From: a virus
Lineage: Duplodnaviria > Caudoviricetes
Virus record (IMG/VR): IMGVR_UViG_3300037634_006988
Span: 1 to 64,000 of that record
Length of the DNA stretch: 64,000 bases
Direction: 5' to 3' (one strand)
In this document: positions 48,901 through 57,408 of the stretch, one piece after another
Layout: each line of letters begins with the position of its first letter
How positions within the stretch are numbered: the first letter of the stretch is position 1
Program-made: the position numbers and the translations under genes
The notes under the pieces: model-generated
Databases searched by the model: none
What the model was told of the DNA's origin: nothing
Seen by the model: the letters and a program-made list of their open reading frames with translations, nothing else

Positions 48901-50957
48901 TCAGCATCACATAAACATTTAACAGATTCGGGCATCGCATCCGTAACTTCTTTTACTGCGCCAAGAATTGATGATGGGCCAAACAGTTTCCCAAAATCTT
49001 CCCACATTTTTTGAACTTTTGGTCGCAAAGAATCCGAACCTTCACCCACATCTTGACCAACAAGAACAACTTTCAATCGTGGAAAATTATCTAATAAATT
49101 TGTAACAGCATCTAAAGCTTCTCGTCCTGTTGCGCAACCCAAAAGTAAGTTGCCCATTTCGCCCGGAGTCAAAACTTGCGATGAAGCATTTACATATTCA
49201 GACAAATCAGTCTTAGCGTTTTCAATTTTTTGTTGTATTTCTTCCTCAGAAGTTTCCGTTCGCACGCCGGGCGTATATTTTGAAGTTCCTGCTAGATCTA
49301 AACCAGCAGTTAATAATGGATTTTTGGCCCATCGTTCAGTTTCTCCAAGAACTTCTCTGCTTATTTGATTTGCTCCCGATTCTCTCATCATTGTGGAGCC
49401 AGCTTCGCCTACAGTTCCCACAATCATTGTCTTCAACAAAGAATCACCAATATTAAAGGCTCCAAAATTCATGCCATCAAATCGCGAACGACCTTCAGCT
49501 TCATTAGCCAATGCACATTCGTTGCACGCTTCCAACAATTGTTGAAGAAGTTCAACAAGCATTTGAATTAACATTCCTAAAACAGCCTCAAGAATGCCCA
49601 TTAGGATTTTTAATCCTAAATCTTTCATATAATCTGCAATTGGAAAATCATCAGGAATAGATAAAGTTGGTATTGTTTTAGTGAGCAAATTGGCCACATT
49701 ATCAAAAAAGCTTGCAGCTTGATTAAGATAAGCTTTTGCCATATTAAGATATTCAAACCCCTGAAAGCCAGAGCATTCTAGTGCGCCTTCGATTAAACTT
49801 TGAAGAGGAATCTTGTTTAAAACATTTTTAAAGATTCCTTTTGATAAATAATTGCCTGGATTTCGTGTCAAATAACCAGTTCCTAGCGTAATTCCATCAG
49901 TTATGGTTTGTAAGCTGCCAACAACAGTATCTCCCACAAATTCTGCTGAAGAATCAAGAACCTTTTGAGCGTTTTTTCGGTCTGCTTTTGACGTAACGGC
50001 AAAATCTTCAAGCTCTAATGTGGTTTTTTGAGGTTTAGAGTTGTCTTCAGCTGTCGTGCTAGGCCCTGCAATACCATCAGTATTGCTTCTGCGCCCTGGT
50101 TCTGAAAAATCGTATGTTGGGGGGTTTATCACATAATCGTTAAAAAATGTTTCCATTGGAATATTTTCGTTCTTGAGATAAATGTTATAAATCTTGTCCA
50201 AGTTAAATAAGAAATTAACTGTTCTTTTATTGGTTCCAATAGGGCTTTTTTGGAATTTTTTAAATCCCTTGTAAAGTGTTTGAATTCCTTTTCCTTCATC
50301 TATTTGCCCATACAGGAATTTGTATTCAGAATCAATACCAAAAATTAATAAATCAGAACGGCTTGAATCATAAGAATACCCATTAGATTGCATTAAGCCT
50401 GCGAGAGCCATCAATGAATTAGAAAAATTATCAGTTTCGTGCTTAAGGTTTAAGCCAAGAACTTTCCCTCGAAAGCGCTGAATATTAGCATTATATTTGT
50501 TTAAGAGTTCTGTGGTTCCTTTAATTTTTTCTTCCAAGTCAAAAGTGTTGAAATACATCTCTGCCCAAGGTGGTGGCAATGCTAAAGGTGGTGGCTCGTC
50601 AGCCAATCCATCAATAAGGGCCGTTGGCACCGATATTAAAACTTTTATTTTTGAGCCCGGTCGCTCCGAAACATACCAATCTTCGGCAAATGCTGCACCA
50701 CTGCTCGTTGGGTCATTATCAACTTTTTCATAAAATTCTAAAACATTTTGATAACCAACAGGAATAGCATTATCCTTAATATCCTGAAGTTTATCTTCGC
50801 TGCCTTCTGTTGTTGTTTCGCTTGTGACTACAGTAATTGAATATCTATCATCTAGATCGCCTTCAGCTTTTTGGAAAAAAGCTTGCGAACCATCCATTCG
50901 TGTCCAATCAACTTTTATTAAAGGCTTAATGTCTTTTTTTAGATCAATCGTAGCCAT
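42921..50957 (-). CDS. giant hypothetical protein (2678 aa), probably virion-associated
   Basis: Uninterrupted ORF in the baseplate block; no recognisable domain. Confidence 0.6.
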   Translation of the reverse strand: MATIDLKKDIKPLIKVDWTRMDGSQAFFQKAEGDLDDRYSITVVTSETTTEGSEDKLQDIKDNAIPVGYQNVLEFYEKVDNDPTSSGAAFAEDWYVSERPGSKIKVLISVPTALIDGLADEPPPLALPPPWAEMYFNTFDLEEKIKGTTELLNKYNANIQRFRGKVLGLNLKHETDNFSNSLMALAGLMQSNGYSYDSSRSDLLIFGIDSEYKFLYGQIDEGKGIQTLYKGFKKFQKSPIGTNKRTVNFLFNLDKIYNIYLKNENIPMETFFNDYVINPPTYDFSEPGRRSNTDGIAGPSTTAEDNSKPQKTTLELEDFAVTSKADRKNAQKVLDSSAEFVGDTVVGSLQTITDGITLGTGYLTRNPGNYLSKGIFKNVLNKIPLQSLIEGALECSGFQGFEYLNMAKAYLNQAASFFDNVANLLTKTIPTLSIPDDFPIADYMKDLGLKILMGILEAVLGMLIQMLVELLQQLLEACNECALANEAEGRSRFDGMNFGAFNIGDSLLKTMIVGTVGEAGSTMMRESGANQISREVLGETERWAKNPLLTAGLDLAGTSKYTPGVRTETSEEEIQQKIENAKTDLSEYVNASSQVLTPGEMGNLLLGCATGREALDAVTNLLDNFPRLKVVLVGQDVGEGSDSLRPKVQKMWEDFGKLFGPSSILGAVKEVTDAMPESVKCLCDADDTAMRQSLLAGKGLSASQIKDQIDKSRARKQQRLEDLAKMLEKGDLLGDATPAIFCKMVYRDEQGEIIPPERVMTDPNDNKKFISKETKQEVHRGIQPGLVEKDHPSLIFMMNKVLSTIYDSIAMAFNENLEGLIPILTKQPIVERPIKRTIRVTNPDGTSERQLNQEWVSMVQDQNLRYSFGALPADAAQPGKNIIRWMNEPLVGRDTEEEANGVVDDPDLAWPAGDEIRDRLVGGQMSTGQTQPTAEQEYEWEISQIRPGPAQYVTSRGRRRASEYDTTNRGGQKLAEYTNLYGYSPIPITVKERAPSKFAPGLKKAYQTMCINEGLFNITDNDNSYHYYNFKVDNNLFETAGMTDVAMELITNKVIPSIDAAPSLPEGIDPQIARESISGIVEAFQSLHGSSYDIKYIVPYSVSLADEARNGNRPKDQYGITILLTTAAGSAPPFVVYRDTKEDSLSDNIYRAFHNCIYSPTLQHIPQEQLFVSWNYNQAWPNGPSVIRPDGGLSLRGAGVGLLGDGNAESLGDYLYDKRYGDQIKYSAYDGLWRDYYCSFTKMIAESPLMELSKLSTLDLIPMNKIGQECDINASLLDFEIIKQRIKDEYGLIQCIEASFPNVDGLGTNKDNPFEKANLSGAVLLTVRTYVLEVMLRSIYCFYWFRFSTPDSVDSLLVSYIAQLLKKDVAQKAFLREFRIETLDLYNRNAPNLTPPRAETKNFDVALEYFIRYQIFGVSNRLSKVVGAAGKTDLDSYLLQKESAEEPAWIPEYSVPRELNGIRDGGTGNNQILENDSYSAGDGGSNNPVPADKALVLASNGTLSEEIIAGLWMEDLKRVSTLRNLPVGMLMRKYFGTDAVSKAEIWSKEAPRYPLTQGGEDWQYITGVEALSPNKQSNTGLNSPYKSRESQILRGAGLLDSSNSWTTDKGILALNPIPGGDPNIPDSTSDEAYNYGISLGEQKSMAIFLRFLAAGFHDDLNWSDKATELDDYIKTFTRTNSGGAVDVLSFYPGKILKDITAQKSGQKSWTFKHGQVWDKRAWGGEGVEPPQWIRDSFGEEIDFGRGTGQYDFGIDTPVSVPSISFTTNAQGDGGSPLNYQYSAFDRGSAHLGFQGNRWYRSMEQVRRKNADPDEPGADAPADYVDLDWRRLAGLPADAEPDIEDFGRLRWITIGNQVIGPWKGWYLNTQPGNRSNQGQAKRRGAPLSFKLIDPGYRYHWDGTKQTQNESWGGPSNTIGYNSRTSGAIVRGRESEGFIEGLGIRNPDRLELQENTGITVGVNFKNLSFFNLQPTSFNSQTGYPENPRSDTNPWVNRLLQRAVNLLETGMPYLSLLDFDILSIKKILVWEKEEAKNLYETEAFWSELSRTYDEWINHVTIMIRHFKEAEEGRQLRRELLFEEIVIGGTSRAQSPPETNPGKSFENGNFIQEYYIRVEELDYQGMPYETNANLASNDTAEEIITQHFQGDQEFRRGIEEVKWKNSNYVDVDRTEFLKGVINIKKFQEYINTRFNSQGEIPANVLSHYQQNLSADCLPNRLTKALITDLARFMECGEAKAQELGVSVSPDRDYFVLGDFFKSVHVGLRISYVNPMPPQPVLAEPFGPAPAPPGAATSCWRNHELDPTVQFYRGAAQGGFNQGLPFGKIAREASNTVDGALYQKAFFVSNTDNAPFEEVANVIPLVCSEVPVDLDTRMRDVVNGHADSRVPLSLRMNGGMPFFEFQYKLKHQTLIEQLKASSEYQALFRYLFPLPRMLSLNNIYGSEYLRSYKGISELFDPTKFRLKDLFFGIYNSGNYPSTDCGPSNLDLQLGAMNGHLWGGLAATIGIMILKTSVLIFKGFVEATDTNIAVSKQIRDAIHLINQIIAQAQIMANQTQQAPEGEEDCGPGAPGSPQKPPDAWLEPINENFIPEPQIMFISLALLPITLLPMIWPGIPITPFGLAYWGMDWRPEPNWLNSMPPADWLDKLLSKGSGPGAEMGGPNDEDCDIDVGMPPLEPGEI

Positions 50958-50959
50958 AA

Positions 50960-51961
50960 TTAATTTGAATTATTGAACCTGCTGTTGATATATTTTTTAC
51001 CAACCTCATTTAAATAAGTTACTCGAAAGCTTGCCAAATTTGCTTTAAAAAGCATTAATGAACGTTTGGTTTGGCTCAGAGTGTCTATCATCCATTTAAC
51101 GCCTTGAGTCTGACAACTGGGTGATATTGTTGTCATTTTGCCCCAAAATGGAGAATGATGAAAATGATTTGCTATTGCTTCATTGAGAGAGGTTTGATGA
51201 ACTAAAAATGTATCAACAATTCCGGCTAAACTATCAATATGATGCACGAGCCTTGAAAGAGCCTCGGACAAATTTTCTCCCTTTACGAGCGGCTGCAAGT
51301 CCGAATCATCATTTCCAGCAATTAAATCAATTCCAGCCACACTACGAATTGTGCCGCCCTGAGAATTAATTGAGTCAACTCCGGTTACTAATTTAATACC
51401 TTCGCGCCCAATTAATCGCACACCATCAGCTTTTAGTGCGATCCCTGAACGAGGAATGGGTTTAAAAGATGTTGGCGCAGGAATATTTGGATTATCAACT
51501 ATATCAAATTCATCGTCATTAACACCAATAGCCGATCCAACAGTACCAGCAGCCAAACCAAAATTTGCATCAATATCAGTTTTTTGACTTATATAAATTC
51601 TAGCTGCGTCTTTTTTAAAATCGGGATCTGTCCAAACTTTTTGGTTATCACCAGTATATGCAATAACGCCTGCGCCCATTCGGCCAACAACAATATCAAT
51701 TGATCCAGCTTGGGTGTCTCCCCGGCCACCATATCCGCTCATTCGCCCCTTGGGGCGATCCCGCCCCAAAACAATCCAAGAATTATTTTCGTTTTTTATA
51801 ACCTTTTCTGTGGATGTTTGAATATATTGGGGAACTGGTTCAAGTAATGGATCGCCACCAATACCCTTAATGAATTTGGTATCTTTTTTGCTTTTTTTGT
51901 CAAAAGCTTCTTTGGCCTCTTCACTAAGACCTGAAATTGTGGATGCTTGTTTAAAACTCAT
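50960..51961 (-). CDS. putative baseplate hub/spike-related protein
   Basis: Position next to the gp25-like block; beta-rich IALKADGVRLIGREGIKLVTG segment reminiscent of spike beta-helix regions. Confidence 0.4.
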   Translation of the reverse strand: MSFKQASTISGLSEEAKEAFDKKSKKDTKFIKGIGGDPLLEPVPQYIQTSTEKVIKNENNSWIVLGRDRPKGRMSGYGGRGDTQAGSIDIVVGRMGAGVIAYTGDNQKVWTDPDFKKDAARIYISQKTDIDANFGLAAGTVGSAIGVNDDEFDIVDNPNIPAPTSFKPIPRSGIALKADGVRLIGREGIKLVTGVDSINSQGGTIRSVAGIDLIAGNDDSDLQPLVKGENLSEALSRLVHHIDSLAGIVDTFLVHQTSLNEAIANHFHHSPFWGKMTTISPSCQTQGVKWMIDTLSQTKRSLMLFKANLASFRVTYLNEVGKKYINSRFNNSN

Positions 51962-52548
51962 TATCCAATACTCTTAATGCGCTTATTGTCTTTTTTGAAT
52001 TTATCAGAAGTTTTTTCAACTGTGGGGGCCATACCTTGAGATAATTTACCCAAATAAAGGCCAACTTTATTTGTAAATCCCCATGCCCACGGATGAATAA
52101 CCTGCACAGGATCCCCCGCTTTTGGAACAATTTTGTCTAATTCTTCATTTTGCGCCTCAAAAACAAAATGCTGATAAATAAGATCAGTTTCATCGCCCGG
52201 ATTTAAAAAGTTTTTGGGCACAGATAACGCTCCATCGATCTTCGTATGAACCCACATCTTTAAACACGTTTCTGACTCAACATGAGAAATTGAATTAAGT
52301 CGATCTCTCGGCCCATTTGGAGTAACTTTGCCATCTTTTGAGACAGCCAAAACAATACCTGGAACTGGTTTAGATAAATCTTCACCAGAAACATCATAAC
52401 TTTTCTTTACGACGGTTGCCCAGCGCTCCACAAAAGTATCTTCGTTTTCTAAAAATGGAGAAGGAAACTTCTCAGCATTTGTCGGAAACAAACTATAATC
52501 ACCATCAAGAAGTTTTTTTGTCTTTGAGTCCATCTGCTTTCTCCCCAT
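51961..52548 (-). CDS. hypothetical protein
   Basis: ORF track; TAATG overlap. Confidence 0.65.
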   Translation of the reverse strand: MGRKQMDSKTKKLLDGDYSLFPTNAEKFPSPFLENEDTFVERWATVVKKSYDVSGEDLSKPVPGIVLAVSKDGKVTPNGPRDRLNSISHVESETCLKMWVHTKIDGALSVPKNFLNPGDETDLIYQHFVFEAQNEELDKIVPKAGDPVQVIHPWAWGFTNKVGLYLGKLSQGMAPTVEKTSDKFKKDNKRIKSIG

Positions 52549-52831
52549 TTAATTCATTAAAAATCTCATCTCGTTCACGTTCAGATAAATCTATAGTATC
52601 TGTTTCTCCTTTCTTTTGCAAAGTGGCAATCTTTACAAGTTGTTCATTTGAACGCTGAAGTGTTTCAACATATTTGGCCGCAATCAAACCAACCTCTTTA
52701 TGCCGATGTTCGTCTGATGAGAGATACTTAACCAAATCTTTAAGCAGTTCTTTTGTTTGATCACGATCTGCTCTAATATTGTCTAGCGCCTCTTCGGCCA
52801 GTGCCTCAAAATCTTTTTTTAGTCGTTCCAT
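52505..52831 (-). CDS. coiled-coil hypothetical protein
   Basis: ORF track; overlaps the sigma gene stop. Confidence 0.65.
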   Translation of the reverse strand: MERLKKDFEALAEEALDNIRADRDQTKELLKDLVKYLSSDEHRHKEVGLIAAKYVETLQRSNEQLVKIATLQKKGETDTIDLSERERDEIFNELNGEKADGLKDKKTS

Positions 52832-53505
52832 TTTTTCTTAAAACTAGCGTATTCAATCCTAAACTTGTTTAAACTATTTAAAACCTGCTTGGTGTTGAGA
52901 TTTGTAATTTCCCTTATATACAAATAAATAGCTTTTTTGTTAAAAATTTCGATTGTATCAGCGTCAGTAAACAAGATTTTAATAGCTTCCAAGATTTTTC
53001 GTTCGTTTTCTTTGAGGTTTTGTTTTTCCCATCTTCTTATCTCAACCCATAAATATTCCATGAACTCTCTTTTGTTGCGTTCAGCATCATAAGTGTTATA
53101 GATGGATAATTTATCTAACTCTACTTGTTTTGAGATTTCATCATAACCAGCTTCACGCCTGAGCTGGATTGCTGTTTTTTTAACTTTGGCAATGAACCAA
53201 TTTTTTGTTATAACGCTGAAATAAGAAAAGGCTTTGGAACCTTTGGAGGGATCAAAATTGCTTAAAATTGTAACAAGATGCATTTCGCATTCATTTTTAA
53301 GGCTATCTACGTTGGGAAGGCTTGTAAATTTGTAGGTAAAAACGATCTTGTTAATCATTTCTACAAAAACAGGTTGAATTATATTCTTATACAACTCATT
53401 TCGATGTTGATTGTCCTCGGAAGCGATGTATTCGAGAATCGCATCTTCATGAAATTTGGTAAAATAATTAACCTTCTTCTGACGGCTGCGTTTCTTCTTG
53501 ATCAT
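52819..53505 (-). CDS. phage RNA polymerase sigma factor (gp55-like / sigma70 region 2)
   Basis: LKNECEMHLVTILSNFDPSKGSKAFSYFSVITKNWF matches the sigma region 2 FDPsKG.kF.tY pattern. Confidence 0.8.
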   Translation of the reverse strand: MIKKKRSRQKKVNYFTKFHEDAILEYIASEDNQHRNELYKNIIQPVFVEMINKIVFTYKFTSLPNVDSLKNECEMHLVTILSNFDPSKGSKAFSYFSVITKNWFIAKVKKTAIQLRREAGYDEISKQVELDKLSIYNTYDAERNKREFMEYLWVEIRRWEKQNLKENERKILEAIKILFTDADTIEIFNKKAIYLYIREITNLNTKQVLNSLNKFRIEYASFKKKWND

Positions 53506-53839
53506 ATTTTGATTGCAATTCTAAAGTTGCCCTTTCTAACTCCTCTAATAAGTCGGGCTGAGTAAATGAATAAAGGCCCTCGTATTTGTTTAAAAATTCA
53601 CTCAAAGCTTTGGTGTGTTCCAAAAGTCCACTTAAAGTTTCATCTCCGTAAAAAGTAGGCAACTCATAAACAGTTGTTAAATGTTCTTTAAATGAATCCA
53701 TTCGAGTAAATATATCTGCTGCTTCTTCTGAAATAACAAAAACTCTCACAATATTTTGACGTATATATGTTATTAATAAAACATTTACAACGAAGGAAAG
53801 TCCACATAAAATTGCTGCCACGATAAACCACTCATTCAT
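53468..53839 (-). CDS. membrane-anchored hypothetical protein
   Basis: N-terminal TM helix WFIVAAILCGLSFVVNVLLI. Confidence 0.65.
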   Translation of the reverse strand: MNEWFIVAAILCGLSFVVNVLLITYIRQNIVRVFVISEEAADIFTRMDSFKEHLTTVYELPTFYGDETLSGLLEHTKALSEFLNKYEGLYSFTQPDLLEELERATLELQSKYDQEETQPSEEG

Positions 53840-54104
53840 TATTTTTATATTTCCTTTGTGAAAATTTTTCTTGTTCCTGCTTCAACTCTTCTTTTGCCTC
53901 TTCAATTGTTGCCTTTACAACACTTCCGGCCTTGGTTTTTGTTCCAAAATCACTGTTTTTTTTGCTTAAAAAAATTGTAGAAGGTCGCCGCATCACTTCC
54001 CCTATAGTATCACAAAGTTGACAAATTTGAACAATTTCTTTCAAAGAATGCCGGAGTTCAAATTCGCCATCGCACTTCTTACAATAATAAACATACTTAG
54101 GCAT
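53832..54104 (-). CDS. FmdB-family Zn-ribbon protein (start reassigned to MPKY)
   Basis: MPKYVYYCKKCDGEFE...ICQLC...RRPS. Confidence 0.75.
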   Translation of the reverse strand: MPKYVYYCKKCDGEFELRHSLKEIVQICQLCDTIGEVMRRPSTIFLSKKNSDFGTKTKAGSVVKATIEEAKEELKQEQEKFSQRKYKNNE

Positions 54105-54285
54105 TCGCTTCTTCTTCGGGTGGTTCTGGATTAACCTGTAATAATGGAGGATTTTCCACAATCAATCCATCATCTGAATCGACTAACTCAAAATCCTTTA
54201 GCAACTCTGTTATGTCAGACTGCTCCATTATTCCTTTTTGTACTGCCATCATTAACGATCCAATGGCTTGATTTGATAATTTCAT
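54097..54285 (-). CDS. small hypothetical protein
   Basis: ORF track; AGGAG SD; overlaps neighbours. Confidence 0.65.
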   Translation of the reverse strand: MKLSNQAIGSLMMAVQKGIMEQSDITELLKDFELVDSDDGLIVENPPLLQVNPEPPEEEANA

Positions 54286-55100
54286 CTTAAATTCTCCTTA
54301 AATTTTTTATATACATAATCTGCACTTGGGTGCCACTTATATTCACAATCAAATAAAACTTTTGTGTTTAATGGGTTCCAATTTTCTTCATACCTAACTT
54401 TATTTTGTGGAATAGACCAAACAACGTGCGGTAGCCCGCATAATGATGCCAAATGCATAGGACCAGATGACGGCCCAAAGGCACAGCTTGAATTTCTTAA
54501 GATTGTTACAAGCTTTTTCATTTCCAAGTCTCTTAAATCATCAGTTCCATCTAAAAAGGCAGCTTCTTTCTTGGTGCCAATACACGCTATTTTCTTATTT
54601 CCCAACAACTTTTTAAGTTTATTCCAATTTTCTAAACTCCAATTATCTTCTTTTCTCAATTCCCTGCTTCTAATATGAAAAATATAATCATACTGTTTTA
54701 CTTCTTCTTGACCAAAACACACATATTTTGGTTGAATTGGGTGATTGCCAAAAATTACATGATCTGTGTGGTGGGTATGCGGGGGGATTCCAATTCGTCG
54801 AGGTAACACGAGCGCTGTATCCTTATCCATTTTAATATTATTGCTTGTAACAATCTCTTTAAAAGCGCTCAATATATCTAAATTATGCATAAAGAATGCA
54901 TCTGGGAGTCCACTATTTGATTCATAAGCCACAAAACTGTGAGCGAAATCTTCATAAAAAGCTTCAGAATTTTTTCTAGAGATTATGGTGGTTTCATCGA
55001 ACTTCTCAGACAAAGCGCGAATATATCCCTGCCACGCAAAAAGCTCCCAACCAAATTCGCCAACCCATGGACCCGCTATTAATCTTTTCACTCGTACCAC
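54282..55100 (-). CDS. glycosyltransferase, GT9 (heptosyltransferase)-like
   Basis: GEFGWEL N-terminal motif; WSLENW; FGPSSGPMHLASLCGLP resembles the GT9 DSGPMHLA motif. Confidence 0.7.
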   Translation of the reverse strand: MVRVKRLIAGPWVGEFGWELFAWQGYIRALSEKFDETTIISRKNSEAFYEDFAHSFVAYESNSGLPDAFFMHNLDILSAFKEIVTSNNIKMDKDTALVLPRRIGIPPHTHHTDHVIFGNHPIQPKYVCFGQEEVKQYDYIFHIRSRELRKEDNWSLENWNKLKKLLGNKKIACIGTKKEAAFLDGTDDLRDLEMKKLVTILRNSSCAFGPSSGPMHLASLCGLPHVVWSIPQNKVRYEENWNPLNTKVLFDCEYKWHPSADYVYKKFKENLR

Positions 55101-55795
55101 CTTGCATGATCTAGTTTTGCCTGCTCTAATTTAGATGGAGCTTCATTTACGTCAAATATTCCACGCCCAGCATAATGTATAACGTGGGACAGAAAACGAT
55201 CTGGACTATTATTCCACGCTTCTGAAAACATGGTCATATGATTAAATTGATAAGAAAGAGGTTTTATCTTATATCCCAACTTATTAATTAAATAACCAAT
55301 GTGTATATCGTCAGTTCCCCACTCAGTAAAGTATTTGTTATCTATTTTACGATAAATATCACGATGGCATTTTGAGGTCACAAACACGCCCGTATTCACA
55401 TATCCTTCACGCCACCCAATGTCTCCAAATTGGCGCTGAGATTCGAGTATGCACTGAACCCTTTGCGGCTTTCGAGTTCCTAAATCTTCAAATATTGTAC
55501 CTATGCTATCATATGGAACAATATTAAACAAGTCTGGACAATCTGGAGACAAAAGCATATCACTATCTAAATGCAATATTCGATCATAGTGTTCATGCAA
55601 ATCATAGTGCTTCATGATTCTATATTGATATACTCCATTGCCAATACCCGAAGCGGCTTCAGGGCAATTTAATGACTCATCTAAAATCAAAAAATCTGCC
55701 CCAATTCTTTCGGCATAGCGCCTAAAAATGGGGTGTGTGAGTTGAACCCAATCAGTACAATGGTGATCGGCACGGGTGGTTATTAATAAATTCAT
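55088..55795 (-). CDS. glycosyltransferase, GT8-like
   Basis: RILHLDSD (DxD), VNTGVFV, DDIHI, FNHM and VIHYAG motifs. Confidence 0.75.
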   Translation of the reverse strand: MNLLITTRADHHCTDWVQLTHPIFRRYAERIGADFLILDESLNCPEAASGIGNGVYQYRIMKHYDLHEHYDRILHLDSDMLLSPDCPDLFNIVPYDSIGTIFEDLGTRKPQRVQCILESQRQFGDIGWREGYVNTGVFVTSKCHRDIYRKIDNKYFTEWGTDDIHIGYLINKLGYKIKPLSYQFNHMTMFSEAWNNSPDRFLSHVIHYAGRGIFDVNEAPSKLEQAKLDHARWYE

Positions 55796-55804
55796 TTTTA
55801 TGTT

Positions 55805-56491
55805 TTATTTATATCCAAACTTAATTTGATATTTTTCAAGTTTATTAAAAAATTTTTTCACATCTACTGGATATGTTTTATAAAAACCACCATAAATTTC
55901 ATATATATTTTTATATAAACATATTTGATTTTTATCTATACCATTATGTTTGTAGCGTTCATGGGTTTGTGGTTGTCGGTATCTATTAGTAAATTTTTTC
56001 ATATTTTTTACAAATTCTATATTTATAAATTTACATACTCGTTGTATTGTTTCGTCAAAATTTAATATAACATCCTCCATCTTAACAAGCAGAATTCTAT
56101 CTGGAAAAGTTGAGATTAAATGATTATACACTTGAAACATCCACTCTAAATCCTTTAAGCACCCCTCCGGCGTAGCATCATCGGCCAGTGAAGAAACGTC
56201 GTTGCCGGGTTGCCCTCTGTATATTTTAGATAAAGAACAATCTCTCAAATCTCTTATTGTCCACAATATTTTTAAATCTTTGTTTAAGTTCATAACCGAA
56301 TCAACACTCTCCAAATTGTTGATGTAGGTTGTATCACACTTGCTCAAGTACGAAGTGTGTAACAACTCTGATTTTCTAAAAATTTGTTTATCTTCGGGCT
56401 GATAAGTAGCATCTAATTTATAAGACCCCCTCAAGATTTCCAACAACATATTTGTTCCAGTTCTTCCACAACTTAGTATTAACACACTCAC
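55805..56491 (-). CDS. sulfotransferase-like protein
   Basis: [12 protein letters not shown] (5'-PSB) and [12 protein letters not shown] (3'-PB) motifs; VKMEDV. Confidence 0.75.
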   Translation of the reverse strand: MSVLILSCGRTGTNMLLEILRGSYKLDATYQPEDKQIFRKSELLHTSYLSKCDTTYINNLESVDSVMNLNKDLKILWTIRDLRDCSLSKIYRGQPGNDVSSLADDATPEGCLKDLEWMFQVYNHLISTFPDRILLVKMEDVILNFDETIQRVCKFINIEFVKNMKKFTNRYRQPQTHERYKHNGIDKNQICLYKNIYEIYGGFYKTYPVDVKKFFNKLEKYQIKFGYK

Positions 56492-56613
56492 TCGTTATCT
56501 CCATACGTTTTTGTGTTTCCCTGTTCAGAGACTTCATAGTTCTTTGCTAATAAAAAATCAGCCAAATAACTTCCGTCTTGACCGTTTATACCCGTTATTA
56601 ATGCTTTTTTCAA
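56488..56613 (-). pseudogene. gmd: truncated GDP-mannose 4,6-dehydratase (N-terminal 28 aa only)
   Basis: Manual translation from TTG at 56613 (AAGGA SD): [41 protein letters not shown]. The first 28 aa are the classic Gmd N-terminus. Confidence 0.85.
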
Positions 56614-56672
56614 AAAATAATCCTTACAATCAATGCCTCATTATCCCACATTTTATATAAAATTTAAAATTT

Positions 56673-57368
56673 TTAATTGCATTCTTTGCAACGCTTCGTT
56701 AAATTAAACCCTGTTTCATCCCAACCCTTGTGGCAATTGTGATGAACATTTCTGGTTAGGGGGTCTAAATTACTTCCCACATCAATAAACGTAATGTTTG
56801 GCATTGCTTTAAACCACTCTTTAACCAAAACTCGGGCTGTTGGACCTAAAGAGATGCACACCACGTCACCTTCTTGAAAATTCTTGGGAAATGAGTCTAA
56901 AACATGATTATAATATTTCCAACTGTTCTTGCGCGGAATTAAACCCTTTTTTGCAACCTCTAATCCTATTTTTTTCAACTCATCAACATTCTGGTCGTCA
57001 CCTCCAACCCACAGCAGTCTTTTACCCCTTATGGATTGCGGGAAAGTATCCATAAAATATTTCCAATTTTTGTTTGTTGTGACCACTGCGCTAGTTAAAT
57101 ATTGATAATCTCCGACCAATTCATGAGCTAACTTATTGTACGAGGGATAACACTGAGAGCACGGAATACCAACATAGTAATTCTCTTGTTTATGTTGTAT
57201 TGCATCCTTCAAAGCCACACTCAAAGACTCATCAACAACTTGGTCGCCCCTTGCAACTATAGAACCAATCTGATCTATACCCATCATCTCTCCATCATTG
57301 AATCTGGCAAACCCAAACGGAATATTACTCCTTAAATTATCCAAAAACCAATCCATATTCATTAACAT
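56673..57368 (-). CDS. GT-D fold (DUF1792/GT101-like) glycosyltransferase (start reassigned to 57368)
   Basis: FARFNDGE and ISLGPTARVLV...IDVGS motifs; AGGA SD before MLMNMD. Confidence 0.65.
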   Translation of the reverse strand: MLMNMDWFLDNLRSNIPFGFARFNDGEMMGIDQIGSIVARGDQVVDESLSVALKDAIQHKQENYYVGIPCSQCYPSYNKLAHELVGDYQYLTSAVVTTNKNWKYFMDTFPQSIRGKRLLWVGGDDQNVDELKKIGLEVAKKGLIPRKNSWKYYNHVLDSFPKNFQEGDVVCISLGPTARVLVKEWFKAMPNITFIDVGSNLDPLTRNVHHNCHKGWDETGFNLTKRCKECN

Positions 57369-57408
57369 CTTGTCTTTCCTTTTTTGTAAAATATAGACAG
57401 AATAGTGC

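Noticed and set aside
56650-56663. Perfect 14-bp palindrome ATTTTATATAAAAT upstream of the gmd remnant
   Set aside because: Pure A/T in an AT-rich gap with no second copy seen; likely chance.
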